Shown here: positions 48,206 through 57,990 of the stretch, piece by piece
How the letters are laid out: the number at the start of each line of letters is the position of its first letter
How positions within the stretch are numbered: the stretch's first letter is position 1
IMG/VR virus record: IMGVR_UViG_3300027801_000011
Coordinates: 32,001-96,000 of that record
DNA length: 64,000 bases
Source: a virus
Reading direction: 5' to 3' (one strand)
The notes under the pieces: model-generated
Database searches by the model: none
The model's input: only the letters and a program-made list of their open reading frames with translations
What the model was told of the DNA's origin: nothing
Translations under genes and position numbers: made by a program

Positions 48206-48209
48206 GTAC

Positions 48210-48238
48210 TTGACTTTAATTATAACTTGTGATATGAT
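48210..48238 (+). promoter_or_regulatory. sigma70 promoter heading the enzyme cluster
   Basis: CTTGACT-N17-TATGAT. Confidence 0.65.
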
Positions 48239-48258
48239 GTTCTTATTTGTGGGAGTAG

Positions 48259-49599
48259 GTGATGAATATACTAGGGATATCTGAGGGATTTCATGATGCA
48301 AGCGTGTGTTTAATCAGAGGTCACACTATTGTACATGCTTCCCATGCTGAGAGATACAGCGGAGTCAAAAACGACAAATGGGTACATCCTTCCCAATGGC
48401 CTGTTTCAGATCGCAATCAACCAGACATAGTTGCATACTATGAGAAACCTTTTCGTAAAAACCTAAGACGTTTGTATGCTGGACAATCCTGGCAAACCCC
48501 CAGAGTTAATTATGACTTTAATTACGGACACCATGAATCTCATGCGGCCGCTGGGTATTATACGTCACCCTTCAATGAATGTAATATTCTAGTTATCGAT
48601 GCTATCGGTGAATGGGATACTATTTCTATATGGAAGGCAAAAGATGATAAGATGACTAAGTTGCAGTCATGGAAATATCCGTATTCTCTTGGCCTCCTCT
48701 ATTCTGCAATCACCCAACGTATAGGACTAAAACCCAACGAAGATGAATATATCACGATGGGGATGTCTGCTTATGGAGAACCCAAGTATAATTTAGAAGA
48801 TCAACTGTGGGAGAACAATCATAAGGGATGTGGAGACATATACCCAAAAGCCACCTCAGAAGACCTGGCAGCATCCGTTCAGCTGCTCTATGAGAGGGAG
48901 TTACTTAAACTTGTGGACTTATGTCCCAGTGAAAATCTAGTAATTATGGGAGGGTGTGCTTTAAATTGTGCAGCTAATTCTAAGATAAAAGGAAAGAATA
49001 TCTGGATCATGCCCGCCCCTGGCGATGCTGGTTCTGCTATTGGGGCAGCGGCCTTAGTTCTAAAGACAAAACTAAAGTGGCGAAATCCTTATCTTGGTTA
49101 TCCTATAATGCAAGGTTTACATTTGAACGAAATAATAGAAACATTAGAAACAAATAAGATTGTTGGTATTGCAAATGGTAGGGCAGAGTTTGGGCCCAGG
49201 GCATTAGGTAATCGATCTCTTCTTGCTGATCCACGATATGATATAAAGGATACTGTGAATAAGATCAAACGCAGACAGTTGTTTCGTCCTTTCGCACCAG
49301 CAATTCTGGAAGAGTATGCAGACGAATACTTTGAGGGCCCTATGAATGAGTACATGCAATTTGTCGCAAAAGCAAAGCATGACTATAGTTCTGTTACTCA
49401 TGTTGATGGCACTGCCAGAGTGCAAGTAGTGAAGAAAAATTGTGGTTCACAAATAAGACAAATATTAGAGGTGTGGTATGAAAAGACAGGATGTCCTATG
49501 TTACTCAATACCTCTTTAAATATTAAAGGCAAACCTATGGTTAATACGTGGGAAGACGCCCAACAATGGAGTAAGTTATATAATGTCCCTGTTTTCTAA
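48259..49599 (+). CDS. CmcH/NodU-family carbamoyltransferase
   Basis: ILGISEGFHDAS, HHESHAA, DAIGEWDT, GGCALNC, EFGPRALGNRS, FRPFAP, HVDGTARVQ, LLNTSLN. Confidence 0.95.
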   Translation: MMNILGISEGFHDASVCLIRGHTIVHASHAERYSGVKNDKWVHPSQWPVSDRNQPDIVAYYEKPFRKNLRRLYAGQSWQTPRVNYDFNYGHHESHAAAGYYTSPFNECNILVIDAIGEWDTISIWKAKDDKMTKLQSWKYPYSLGLLYSAITQRIGLKPNEDEYITMGMSAYGEPKYNLEDQLWENNHKGCGDIYPKATSEDLAASVQLLYERELLKLVDLCPSENLVIMGGCALNCAANSKIKGKNIWIMPAPGDAGSAIGAAALVLKTKLKWRNPYLGYPIMQGLHLNEIIETLETNKIVGIANGRAEFGPRALGNRSLLADPRYDIKDTVNKIKRRQLFRPFAPAILEEYADEYFEGPMNEYMQFVAKAKHDYSSVTHVDGTARVQVVKKNCGSQIRQILEVWYEKTGCPMLLNTSLNIKGKPMVNTWEDAQQWSKLYNVPVF

Positions 49600-50389
49600 A
49601 CGCAAGAAGTTAATTATAGGTGGTTGTTCCTACACAGACAACTATGCAGAAAAACAAAAGATGCCAGAGTTTCCTATATGGGGAGAAGTTCTAGCTGATA
49701 AGTTGGATATGGATTTGATTAATCTAGCATCGTGTGGTTATAGTAATAAAGCAATTTATCACACTCTTACAGAATCTATGCTAACCAATAAGAACGTAGG
49801 TCTAGTTGTTTCTATGTGGAGTGAATGGCAGAGGTTTGGAGCCTATGTAGATGTGAGCACGAAAATGTTAAACAGACACCCGTGGAGATGCTTTCTACCA
49901 GAAAGAACTGTTAAGGACGCTGAATGGCACGATCAATTTTATACGAATGGAACTATCAATCCAAAGAAGCAAGGACTAAAATACGATATAAGTAAAGCAA
50001 TTATTGCAAAGGGACTTGACTCTATTAAAGCCGGCACGGTTGAAACCTTGGGTTATATGTATGCTTTTCAAAACGCATGTGAACAAGAGGGAGTAGACTA
50101 CTTACAAATACAGGGATGTCAACCTCTGATGAGCAAATCAGAACCAATGAATGGTATGCAGTATAGAGAATTGTGCAATCATATTATTGAAAGTCCCTAC
50201 ATCGAAAGAATGAGTAGTGCCTTTATGGGTTGGCCGATTGATGAACGAATTGGTGGTTATAGTATCGACAACAAATTAAAAGACGAACACAGGTTCAGTC
50301 CAGAAGATACACACCCGAATGAAGAAGGCCACCTATTAATGGCAGAAAGGATATTTGAAGAATATGAAAAAATATATACTGAAACTTAA
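49583..50389 (+). CDS. SGNH-hydrolase-like protein
   Basis: GGCSYT, INLA..G.SN, WSEWQR, DTHPNEEGH. Confidence 0.7.
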   Translation: MSLFSKRKKLIIGGCSYTDNYAEKQKMPEFPIWGEVLADKLDMDLINLASCGYSNKAIYHTLTESMLTNKNVGLVVSMWSEWQRFGAYVDVSTKMLNRHPWRCFLPERTVKDAEWHDQFYTNGTINPKKQGLKYDISKAIIAKGLDSIKAGTVETLGYMYAFQNACEQEGVDYLQIQGCQPLMSKSEPMNGMQYRELCNHIIESPYIERMSSAFMGWPIDERIGGYSIDNKLKDEHRFSPEDTHPNEEGHLLMAERIFEEYEKIYTET

Positions 50390-50537
50390 ACTATTCTTAT
50401 CTGGATTTAAAAGGCAGAATAATAAAGAAGAAGCTGGATTCATATATGAATTTGATGATAAGAGATTTAAAGACCTTACACAAGAAGAACAGGGGATACA
50501 GGTTCAGAAAAACTGGAACAGGTATATGAAGAAATGA
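50364..50537 (+). CDS. small FIY-motif protein typical of carbamoyltransferase loci
   Basis: MKKYILKLKLF..AGFIYE. Confidence 0.6.
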   Translation: MKKYILKLKLFLSGFKRQNNKEEAGFIYEFDDKRFKDLTQEEQGIQVQKNWNRYMKK

Positions 50538-51259
50538 AATTAGTAGCAATAGGAGATAGTTATACTATTAATGGTTCATGGCCAGACCTGTTAGCTGAAA
50601 AACTTGATATGGAATGTATTAACTTTGGAGGCGATGGATCAGGCAATCAATTTATCATATCTAAAGTGTTAGATACTTTATTGCTTGAAGATGTTGGGTT
50701 GGTTGTTGTTCAATGGAGCGAATGGCAAAGGTTAGATTTCGAACATCACCCTAAGAGAAATAAGGGCTGGACTTCATTACACCCACATAGAGACAACTCT
50801 AGAGTAGAAAAATATCCCATGAGTTTAGAAGGAAGATGGACTATGATGGAGTATAGTAATTTTGTAGCATCTACTATGCTTTCCCTTAGACTCTTTGTCA
50901 TTGCTCAGAAACTATTAAAAGATATTCCTCACCTTATGATGCAAGGGCCATATCCCCTAATTCAACCACAATATGACATGGGTAGAGCCGAGAGTTATAA
51001 ATGGAACTATAGTGAGGAAATGAAAAAGGTGTATTCAAACTGCTTAGATCATCAGCTAATGAATCAGATAGAAGAGGACACGTTTATCGGTTGGCCAATA
51101 ATTGGAATGGGTGGATATAGTATGGACGGACTACTTGACGAAAATGATAGTACGAGACAAAAATACAGACAGGGCAACAACAACAGCACCCCCAATGATG
51201 CTGGAAATGAGATGATTTCGAAGGATATATATAAAGTATATAAGAAGGTTTATGGATGA
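50534..51259 (+). CDS. SGNH-hydrolase-like paralog
   Basis: IGDSYT, INFG..GSGN, WSEWQR; NSTPNDAGN replaces D.HPN..GH. Confidence 0.65.
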   Translation: MKLVAIGDSYTINGSWPDLLAEKLDMECINFGGDGSGNQFIISKVLDTLLLEDVGLVVVQWSEWQRLDFEHHPKRNKGWTSLHPHRDNSRVEKYPMSLEGRWTMMEYSNFVASTMLSLRLFVIAQKLLKDIPHLMMQGPYPLIQPQYDMGRAESYKWNYSEEMKKVYSNCLDHQLMNQIEEDTFIGWPIIGMGGYSMDGLLDENDSTRQKYRQGNNNSTPNDAGNEMISKDIYKVYKKVYG

Positions 51260-52008
51260 ATACAATATTATGCGTAAGGTGGGGTGACAAGTATGATCAT
51301 ACCTATGTTGAAAAACTAAAGGAACAGTGCGAACAAAATTGCTCTGTTCCATTTAACTTCTACTGTCTCACAGACAAACCAACTAAGCCATATGATATAA
51401 AACTTCCAACTGAGTTGGATGAGTACTACTTAGAGGATCGTGGATTCTTTTGGGCGTATAGGAAGTATTATGCATTTGCATTGGCTGGTGATGATAATAA
51501 ACTAAACGTAAAACATTTTTCTAGAATTAAGGGCGACAAATTCTTGCTGTTAGACCTTGATGTTATCATACACCAAGACCTTAAATATTTCTTTGATCTT
51601 CCTATGGACAAGCCTTGGATGGTACGTGGATGGTGGAATAACATAGATACAGTTAAACAAAACTTTGCTAAACACAAATCTACGCCTCTTAACTCTTCCG
51701 TGATACGATGGGATCGTGGGCAATTAGAAAGTGTCTATAAGAAAATCAAAACAAATGCTGAAGTAATCTTCTTTACATACCCCAGTGCCGATAACTATTT
51801 TAATCATCACTGGTATAACTGTTGGGATGAAGACAAGGGATTCTTTAAAGCTTTCCCCAAAGGTGACGTATACTCTTGGTATAAGGGTAATGTATATCCT
51901 CATGATATGGCACCAAAGAAAATAAGAGAAGATCATAAAATATGTCTATTCAATAACTCTGGATATGATGAAGGCGACAACGATGATGAGATAAAGGAAC
52001 TATGGTGA
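51256..52008 (+). CDS. GT-A fold glycosyltransferase-like protein
   Basis: CVRWGDKY..YV..L, F.CLTD, LDLDVII (DxD), NSSVIRW. Confidence 0.75.
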   Translation: MNTILCVRWGDKYDHTYVEKLKEQCEQNCSVPFNFYCLTDKPTKPYDIKLPTELDEYYLEDRGFFWAYRKYYAFALAGDDNKLNVKHFSRIKGDKFLLLDLDVIIHQDLKYFFDLPMDKPWMVRGWWNNIDTVKQNFAKHKSTPLNSSVIRWDRGQLESVYKKIKTNAEVIFFTYPSADNYFNHHWYNCWDEDKGFFKAFPKGDVYSWYKGNVYPHDMAPKKIREDHKICLFNNSGYDEGDNDDEIKELW

Positions 52009-52652
52009 ATTATATAAAGTACACGCCTGAACTGGCAAACGATTGGAAACAAGCAGCTGCAGATGTTAAGAAAGATTACCCCCATCAGTTCAGACGCACT
52101 TTAGACGCTAGTACGGAATCTCAATTAAAAAGTAAACTATGGCTCGTTAACACCTTAAAAGAATTGGCGATGGATTCGTTGATACCAGACAACCCCCGTG
52201 TTGCTTTGGTAGGTGGCTGGTTTGCGAACTACCTAACACCTTTATTGTTTGATGTAATGTATGCTAAACAGGTATTCAATTATGAGATTGATAATGATGC
52301 AAAAGAAATAAGCTACAAATACAATAAGAGATATAAGGATTCAGATAAATATCAATGTTCTGTTAAAGACGTTATGATGAAGTCTTTAGGAGACAACTAT
52401 GATATTATTATTAATTGTTCATGTGAACACATGTTTCCCATGACAAAATTCTATGAATGGAATCCAGACTTGCCTGATCCAGTGTATGTCTTACAATCCA
52501 CAGATGAAGACTGCTTTGATGATCATATCAATTGTGTGAGCTCCCCCGAAGAGTTAGCAAAACAAAACAGAATAACAGAAGTGTTATATTCGGGAACGAA
52601 GAAGTTACCTAACGGAATGAACCGTTTTATGGTTATAGGATATCCTTCATGA
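52002..52652 (+). CDS. class I SAM-dependent methyltransferase-like protein
   Basis: SKLWL, ALVGGWF, YEID, DIIINCSCEHM, DHINCV, RFMVIG. Confidence 0.7.
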   Translation: MVNYIKYTPELANDWKQAAADVKKDYPHQFRRTLDASTESQLKSKLWLVNTLKELAMDSLIPDNPRVALVGGWFANYLTPLLFDVMYAKQVFNYEIDNDAKEISYKYNKRYKDSDKYQCSVKDVMMKSLGDNYDIIINCSCEHMFPMTKFYEWNPDLPDPVYVLQSTDEDCFDDHINCVSSPEELAKQNRITEVLYSGTKKLPNGMNRFMVIGYPS

Positions 52653-53341
52653 CAATTGTCGAGTGGTGCAGAGAGAATGATGTTTGGTATCTTAAAATGG
52701 ATATAGAGATACCAGAAGTATGCATTAAAGAAGCACAAGCAGTATACGATGAAGGGTTCTTTGTAGATCACAGATATGGAGATGGAGATGGTTGGCGTTC
52801 TGCTGCAATACATAGCTTCGTCCACGAAGACGCAAAAGATACCAGCATGGGTTGGCATCATACTAAAAACCCAGATGGCCATGGCTTACACGAAAGCAAA
52901 GTTAAATGGGGGTGGACTGAAATTGCAGAAACTGCTCCAGAGACTAAGAGGTGGTTAGAAGACTTTCCACACAAGTCTTATAGACGTTTACGTTTCATGT
53001 TATTGGAACCACAGGGACGTATAGTAGCCCACAACGATTCTAATAAAAAAAGAGATGACGAAGGAAGAACTAGAAACATTGCTGGTGCAATAAACCTTGC
53101 GTTCTACCAACCAAAAAATTGTTATCTGAGAAGGGTAGATACTAAAGAAGAGTTGCCCTTTCAAAACTGTACAGGGTTTTGGTTCGACAATGGTGTACAC
53201 CACGAAGCATATAACGCCTCTGAAGAAAATAGATTTCACTTTATTATGCATGGTGGATTTAATTCAGAGCGTAAAGAACTTATGAAGAGGTCGCTTGCAA
53301 AGCAATTTGGCAACGATGTTCTGAAGGAAATTGATGAGTAA
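52649..53341 (+). CDS. Asp/Asn beta-hydroxylase-like oxygenase
   Basis: RLRFMLLEPQG.I..HND..H.AYN.S.ENRFHFI.HG. Confidence 0.75.
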   Translation: MTIVEWCRENDVWYLKMDIEIPEVCIKEAQAVYDEGFFVDHRYGDGDGWRSAAIHSFVHEDAKDTSMGWHHTKNPDGHGLHESKVKWGWTEIAETAPETKRWLEDFPHKSYRRLRFMLLEPQGRIVAHNDSNKKRDDEGRTRNIAGAINLAFYQPKNCYLRRVDTKEELPFQNCTGFWFDNGVHHEAYNASEENRFHFIMHGGFNSERKELMKRSLAKQFGNDVLKEIDE

Positions 53342-54587
53342 GCTTAAAGACTTGGAGTGGTTCTGTCCTCAGCCGTTCATGAACACTGTGATGAATCACG
53401 ATCTTATTCCAAAGGCATGTTGTGTGCTAAAGCAGTGGCCTGGAAATGAAATACGTGAAACTGGTAAGACATCTATTATGGAAGTTCATAATTCAGATTT
53501 TATGAAAGATTTCCGTAAAGAATTCTTAAACGGTGGCGGGCCAATATCTGATAAATTGTGCATGGTCTGTAAGGAACAAGAAAAACATTCCTCCACAGAA
53601 AGTCATCGACTAACGTATCTAGATAAGTTTGATGAAGAACATGGAGAGTATAGAGAACATCTAGAGGCTCTTGAGGAGTACATTGATACAGACCAAAGCG
53701 ATTCTATGTATTTGACGTTTGAATATAATGCTCCTAATAACTTCTGCAACCTCAAATGTAACATGTGTTCCCCCATGAATTCATCTACATACGCCAAAGA
53801 GAATAAAGCAATAGGTGTTTCTAATGGAGCTCTAAGGGATGAGACTTGGATCAATCTTGAAGATGATATGTCAAGATATGAGGATGTGCTTAAAAACCTT
53901 ATAGAATTGAAACTAGTTGGTGGTGAGACACTTGCTCTTCCTCAAAACTATGCGATGATGGATAAAGCAATAGAGATGGGCGTGTCTAAACAAATGAGAC
54001 TTGTTATGACTACAAATGCAACGCTGACTCCGAAGATGGGTAAGCATGGCGATGTGTTTGATTATGTCCCATACTTTAAAGATTGTCAAATGAATATCTC
54101 TATAGAATTTTGGGGAGAGAAGAATAACTATCTACGGTTCCCATCTAAATGGGAAAAGATTATGAAGAATGTTAAAAAGTTTGCTAAGATGCCCAGAACT
54201 AGGATACTATTTGCTACCTGTGTTAGTTCTCTAACGATAGGATATCTACACGAAGTAGCTATAGCTGTTGATGCTCTGATAGAAAAAGAACCACACATTT
54301 ACAATAGTTTTGCAACTGGCAGTTTGGTTATTGGTGGAACCAACTTATATACTGTAACAGCAATCCCAGAGGGAATTAGAGAAGAGTATCTTGAGACAAT
54401 TTATAGTCGTGCTCCCCGAAACCATGCTCCCACATTCTTGAAACTGGCCAACTATCTAACAGAGATGCCTTTTGATCAAGACCTACATAATAGAATGATG
54501 ATTGACGTAGCTAAGCGTGATAAATTTCGAGGAACCGTGTTGACAGATTTGTTCCCAGAGTGGAAACCATATTATGAAAAACTTTGA
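53334..54587 (+). CDS. radical SAM protein with N-terminal SPASM/twitch-like domain
   Basis: CNLKCNMC, LVGGE, TTNAT; N-terminal CPQPF..CC..C..C. Confidence 0.88.
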   Translation: MSKLKDLEWFCPQPFMNTVMNHDLIPKACCVLKQWPGNEIRETGKTSIMEVHNSDFMKDFRKEFLNGGGPISDKLCMVCKEQEKHSSTESHRLTYLDKFDEEHGEYREHLEALEEYIDTDQSDSMYLTFEYNAPNNFCNLKCNMCSPMNSSTYAKENKAIGVSNGALRDETWINLEDDMSRYEDVLKNLIELKLVGGETLALPQNYAMMDKAIEMGVSKQMRLVMTTNATLTPKMGKHGDVFDYVPYFKDCQMNISIEFWGEKNNYLRFPSKWEKIMKNVKKFAKMPRTRILFATCVSSLTIGYLHEVAIAVDALIEKEPHIYNSFATGSLVIGGTNLYTVTAIPEGIREEYLETIYSRAPRNHAPTFLKLANYLTEMPFDQDLHNRMMIDVAKRDKFRGTVLTDLFPEWKPYYEKL

Positions 54588-56148
54588 TGAGTTTGGCAAT
54601 GTAATAGTTGGGCGGGACGTAATGCCCTTCCGGCATCACGCCCTTGAACTATCAATTGTAGAACCATTTTTGGCATTTAAAGCTCTGTGGGAAAAAGAAA
54701 CCAAAGACATCAAAAATAAAAAAGAGTTAGAACACTTATTATTTGTAGTTGTATATCCAGACAAGTTGAAGTGGGCGTTTCATATTGAGAAACAACTACA
54801 AACAACTACAATACAAACCTCAGGCGGTGTCACTGGCGCTGGTACTGGTCACAATCAAATATTGTGTCTAGAGAGTGAACTCCATAATACCCTACAAAAC
54901 TCTAAAGCCTCCCATGCGATGATAGTAACGGTGGGTATGGTCTTTAATATGACTAAAGTAAATACTTCTATAACAAGATTTTATGAATTTGCAGAGACAG
55001 ACGTATACGCTAGAGGTCATATTATAGCCCGCCCAGAAGATAAGGCATATCTACATCATCAACATATAGAGATAAACTTAAACCAGTGGAAAGGTTTAGG
55101 ATCACCTAAAGTATATGAGAGGTGGCCTGTGTTTGAAAGATCAGAAGAAAACTTTCATGATGATTATACTCCACATTGGATTCTGCCTAAAGATCGCCCA
55201 TTGATTAATAACTTTACAGACGAAGAACGAAAAAATAAACATTTTGCATATCATATGGCGAACAGAAAAGATATACAGGAAATAAATTGGAGAGCGATGA
55301 CACCACAGTTGCCAGACTATTGGTGGAAAAGTGCCGCAACTTTTAAGCATACACCTAAAGGAAGAGGGTTCTATGGTTGGCGTCAAAGGGTGGATAGGAG
55401 TGATCCTTATTTTGATATCTTGATGAACAGGATGACTGAGGTTTTTTACGCTGAAAATACTGAAGAAGTTGGCCAACTCCCAACTGATAAATTTGATTTA
55501 ATTATTACACCAACAGCTGGTTATAGTGGAGAAGTGTTTGCTGAAAAACTAGATTTCGATGGAGAAATTATATTCTATGATTATTGTCATGAAAATGTTG
55601 AGATCAAAAAATCGATTGTTGATATGAATATGAGTCTTGATGAGATATCTATTTTGAAAAAGTATTGGAGTAAGGGCGTGGGTAATCGCAAAAATGGTAA
55701 AACTAGAACCCATATGATTACGTTTAATTCCAATCAACTTTCTAATGGCAAGGAACTTAAAAAACGATCTGAGACTTTTGGAACTTGGGAAGAACTACAA
55801 GCCCTACAAGGTAAAATGTCTGATAACTATAAAGTTGATTTTTGGTTGATGGATTTGGTGTGTATGTCTGATCCCGATTGGTATCGGCCGACCAATATTT
55901 ACTCAGATCACTCCGACATACACAACAAATCGGGATATACAACAACTGAGAATTTTATAGATAAGATAAAGGGGAAGCGTGTGTTTATGGATTGTAGTAA
56001 TATTTTCGGATATCATATAGTACATGCTTGTTGGTCTTTATCTCAACTAGTTGAAAGTTATGAAAGACTTGTTAAACTGCTACAAGAGAACACCGAATAT
56101 TTCTACTTAAAGGGAACTCGGCCCGGCAAACAGAAAATAAGAATATGA
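54574..56148 (+). CDS. hypothetical protein
   Basis: 524 aa, coupled to neighbours; GHI..YLHHQ..INL, RSEENFHDDYTPHW. Confidence 0.75.
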   Translation: MKNFDEFGNVIVGRDVMPFRHHALELSIVEPFLAFKALWEKETKDIKNKKELEHLLFVVVYPDKLKWAFHIEKQLQTTTIQTSGGVTGAGTGHNQILCLESELHNTLQNSKASHAMIVTVGMVFNMTKVNTSITRFYEFAETDVYARGHIIARPEDKAYLHHQHIEINLNQWKGLGSPKVYERWPVFERSEENFHDDYTPHWILPKDRPLINNFTDEERKNKHFAYHMANRKDIQEINWRAMTPQLPDYWWKSAATFKHTPKGRGFYGWRQRVDRSDPYFDILMNRMTEVFYAENTEEVGQLPTDKFDLIITPTAGYSGEVFAEKLDFDGEIIFYDYCHENVEIKKSIVDMNMSLDEISILKKYWSKGVGNRKNGKTRTHMITFNSNQLSNGKELKKRSETFGTWEELQALQGKMSDNYKVDFWLMDLVCMSDPDWYRPTNIYSDHSDIHNKSGYTTTENFIDKIKGKRVFMDCSNIFGYHIVHACWSLSQLVESYERLVKLLQENTEYFYLKGTRPGKQKIRI

Positions 56149-56849
56149 AGATATTAGCATTAAGAATTGGTGATAAGTATGGCCCAGAGTATGAAGACTA
56201 TTTGAATAAAAAACTATCCAAATATGACATACATTGGATGCATGAGCCGTATGATGAAAGAGTTACCTTACAGTGGAATAAGATGTGGGGTATGCAGTTG
56301 GATCAAAATGAGCCTATTTGTGTCATGGACATAGATGTTCTTCTCATGGGCGACTACGAAAGAATATTTGACTATCCTATTATGCGTGGACAATTCCTTG
56401 CAATGCCTGGCTGGTGGAGAGACACAAAGAAAGAAGGTTACTCTATCAACGGTGGATTCTTTAAGTACTATCCGAAGGACTGTAAGTATATCTACGATAA
56501 GTTTATGAAAGATATACACGGGTGGCAGAGACACTACATTGATAATGGGGTTACAAAAGGCCCTGTTAATGGAGAGCAGTACTTTGTCGAAGACTCAGTA
56601 TTACAAAAATTAGAACTTATCACATTACCCAAAGAATGGTTTACTCGCTGGGTTGTAGACTCCGATATTGTAGGTAGGAGTATGACTACATGGCAAGTAC
56701 AGATCACACGTAAGTATCGGGAGATAACAGGGAACGACTATATATTCCTTGGTGGTGAGTTTCATCCAGATATCAAATTCGTACACTTCACACACAGAAA
56801 TAACAAGCCTCATGAATGGGAATACTATGAACAAATTCGTTTACGTTAG
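56145..56849 (+). CDS. GT-A glycosyltransferase-like paralog
   Basis: LRIGDKYGPEYE, WNKM, MDIDV (DxD), INGGF, GEQ.FV, VHF. Confidence 0.75.
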   Translation: MKILALRIGDKYGPEYEDYLNKKLSKYDIHWMHEPYDERVTLQWNKMWGMQLDQNEPICVMDIDVLLMGDYERIFDYPIMRGQFLAMPGWWRDTKKEGYSINGGFFKYYPKDCKYIYDKFMKDIHGWQRHYIDNGVTKGPVNGEQYFVEDSVLQKLELITLPKEWFTRWVVDSDIVGRSMTTWQVQITRKYREITGNDYIFLGGEFHPDIKFVHFTHRNNKPHEWEYYEQIRLR

Positions 56850-57990
56850 TCATGAGTTTCGTACTCTATATCAGAGTATGTACTTCAAGAATACTCAGAA
56901 GGTCTGGGATACTTCTTGGGTAGATGAAGACTTTAAAGAACAACTTGAATTTAAACTTCAAGAAGAACAACATATGCTTAGAAAATACACAAGGCCTCAT
57001 ACTGCATACCTTAATGATATAGAAGGTGAGACTGAGCTTGTATTCAACATGAGTATGAAACATTTTGGTGAGCCCCAGAAATATGAATGGACTGCTGATC
57101 TGACAGAGAAATTTACAGACCTTCTTATGGAAAAAGCGATATCTATTAGAGACAAGGGTAGAAAAATTCAAGTATTATATTCTGGAGGAATTGACAGTTC
57201 TGCAGCACTACTTGCTTTATATGAGGTTTGTCCTAAAGATCAGATTGAAGTTGTCATGGGAAGAACTGGCGAAGGTGGTGCTGGTTTTAGAGCTAAAGAT
57301 CAGACTGATCCTGTAAAGCAAAATCCTTGGATGTTTGATAATATTGTAAAACATTTGGATCACACATTCACTGATGATTTAAATGGTTACTGTGATCCTA
57401 GCAAATATGTGTTTGTCACAGGCAATGAAGCAGATCGTTTATTCGGGTCTACTGGTTATACTCTAATGACTCAATACTCTAAACCAGATGGTGCTGATTA
57501 CCAAGAACATTGGGGAAAGGCTCCAACTGATGAACTTGATGAAAATTGGCAATGGAACCAAAACAGGTGGTGGGGTATAACTAGGTACACATATCTTATG
57601 CAATCTTTTCGTATGATGGCAAACATTTCATGTGATAAGATTGATATGGACAACTACCAGCCCATGTTCTTTGATAGAAAGATGTTACAATTTGCTATCA
57701 ATCTACATATCCAAAAGAAACATAAGTGGTACAACTGTGGAGCCTTAGCAGATGAGAAGAAATTTAGAGATGGAAAGATGTGGATACGTGACGCTATATT
57801 TGATATAACTAAAAATAGTTGGGTATCATATAACATGCATAAGACTATTTCATCTGCAACTGATCTTAATAAAAGGCAGTCTGTTCCTCTGCCATTGCGC
57901 TTGAAGGTGTTAGCAATAACAGAAGATGGTACAGTTGTTAATAGAAAAAATTTAATGGAATATGTCTGTAGGGAGTCTTTTACGATATGA
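56827..57990 (+). CDS. asparagine-synthetase-like PP-loop ATP pyrophosphatase, copy 1
   Basis: VLYSGGIDSS and TGNEADRLFG. Confidence 0.7.
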   Translation: MNKFVYVSHEFRTLYQSMYFKNTQKVWDTSWVDEDFKEQLEFKLQEEQHMLRKYTRPHTAYLNDIEGETELVFNMSMKHFGEPQKYEWTADLTEKFTDLLMEKAISIRDKGRKIQVLYSGGIDSSAALLALYEVCPKDQIEVVMGRTGEGGAGFRAKDQTDPVKQNPWMFDNIVKHLDHTFTDDLNGYCDPSKYVFVTGNEADRLFGSTGYTLMTQYSKPDGADYQEHWGKAPTDELDENWQWNQNRWWGITRYTYLMQSFRMMANISCDKIDMDNYQPMFFDRKMLQFAINLHIQKKHKWYNCGALADEKKFRDGKMWIRDAIFDITKNSWVSYNMHKTISSATDLNKRQSVPLPLRLKVLAITEDGTVVNRKNLMEYVCRESFTI

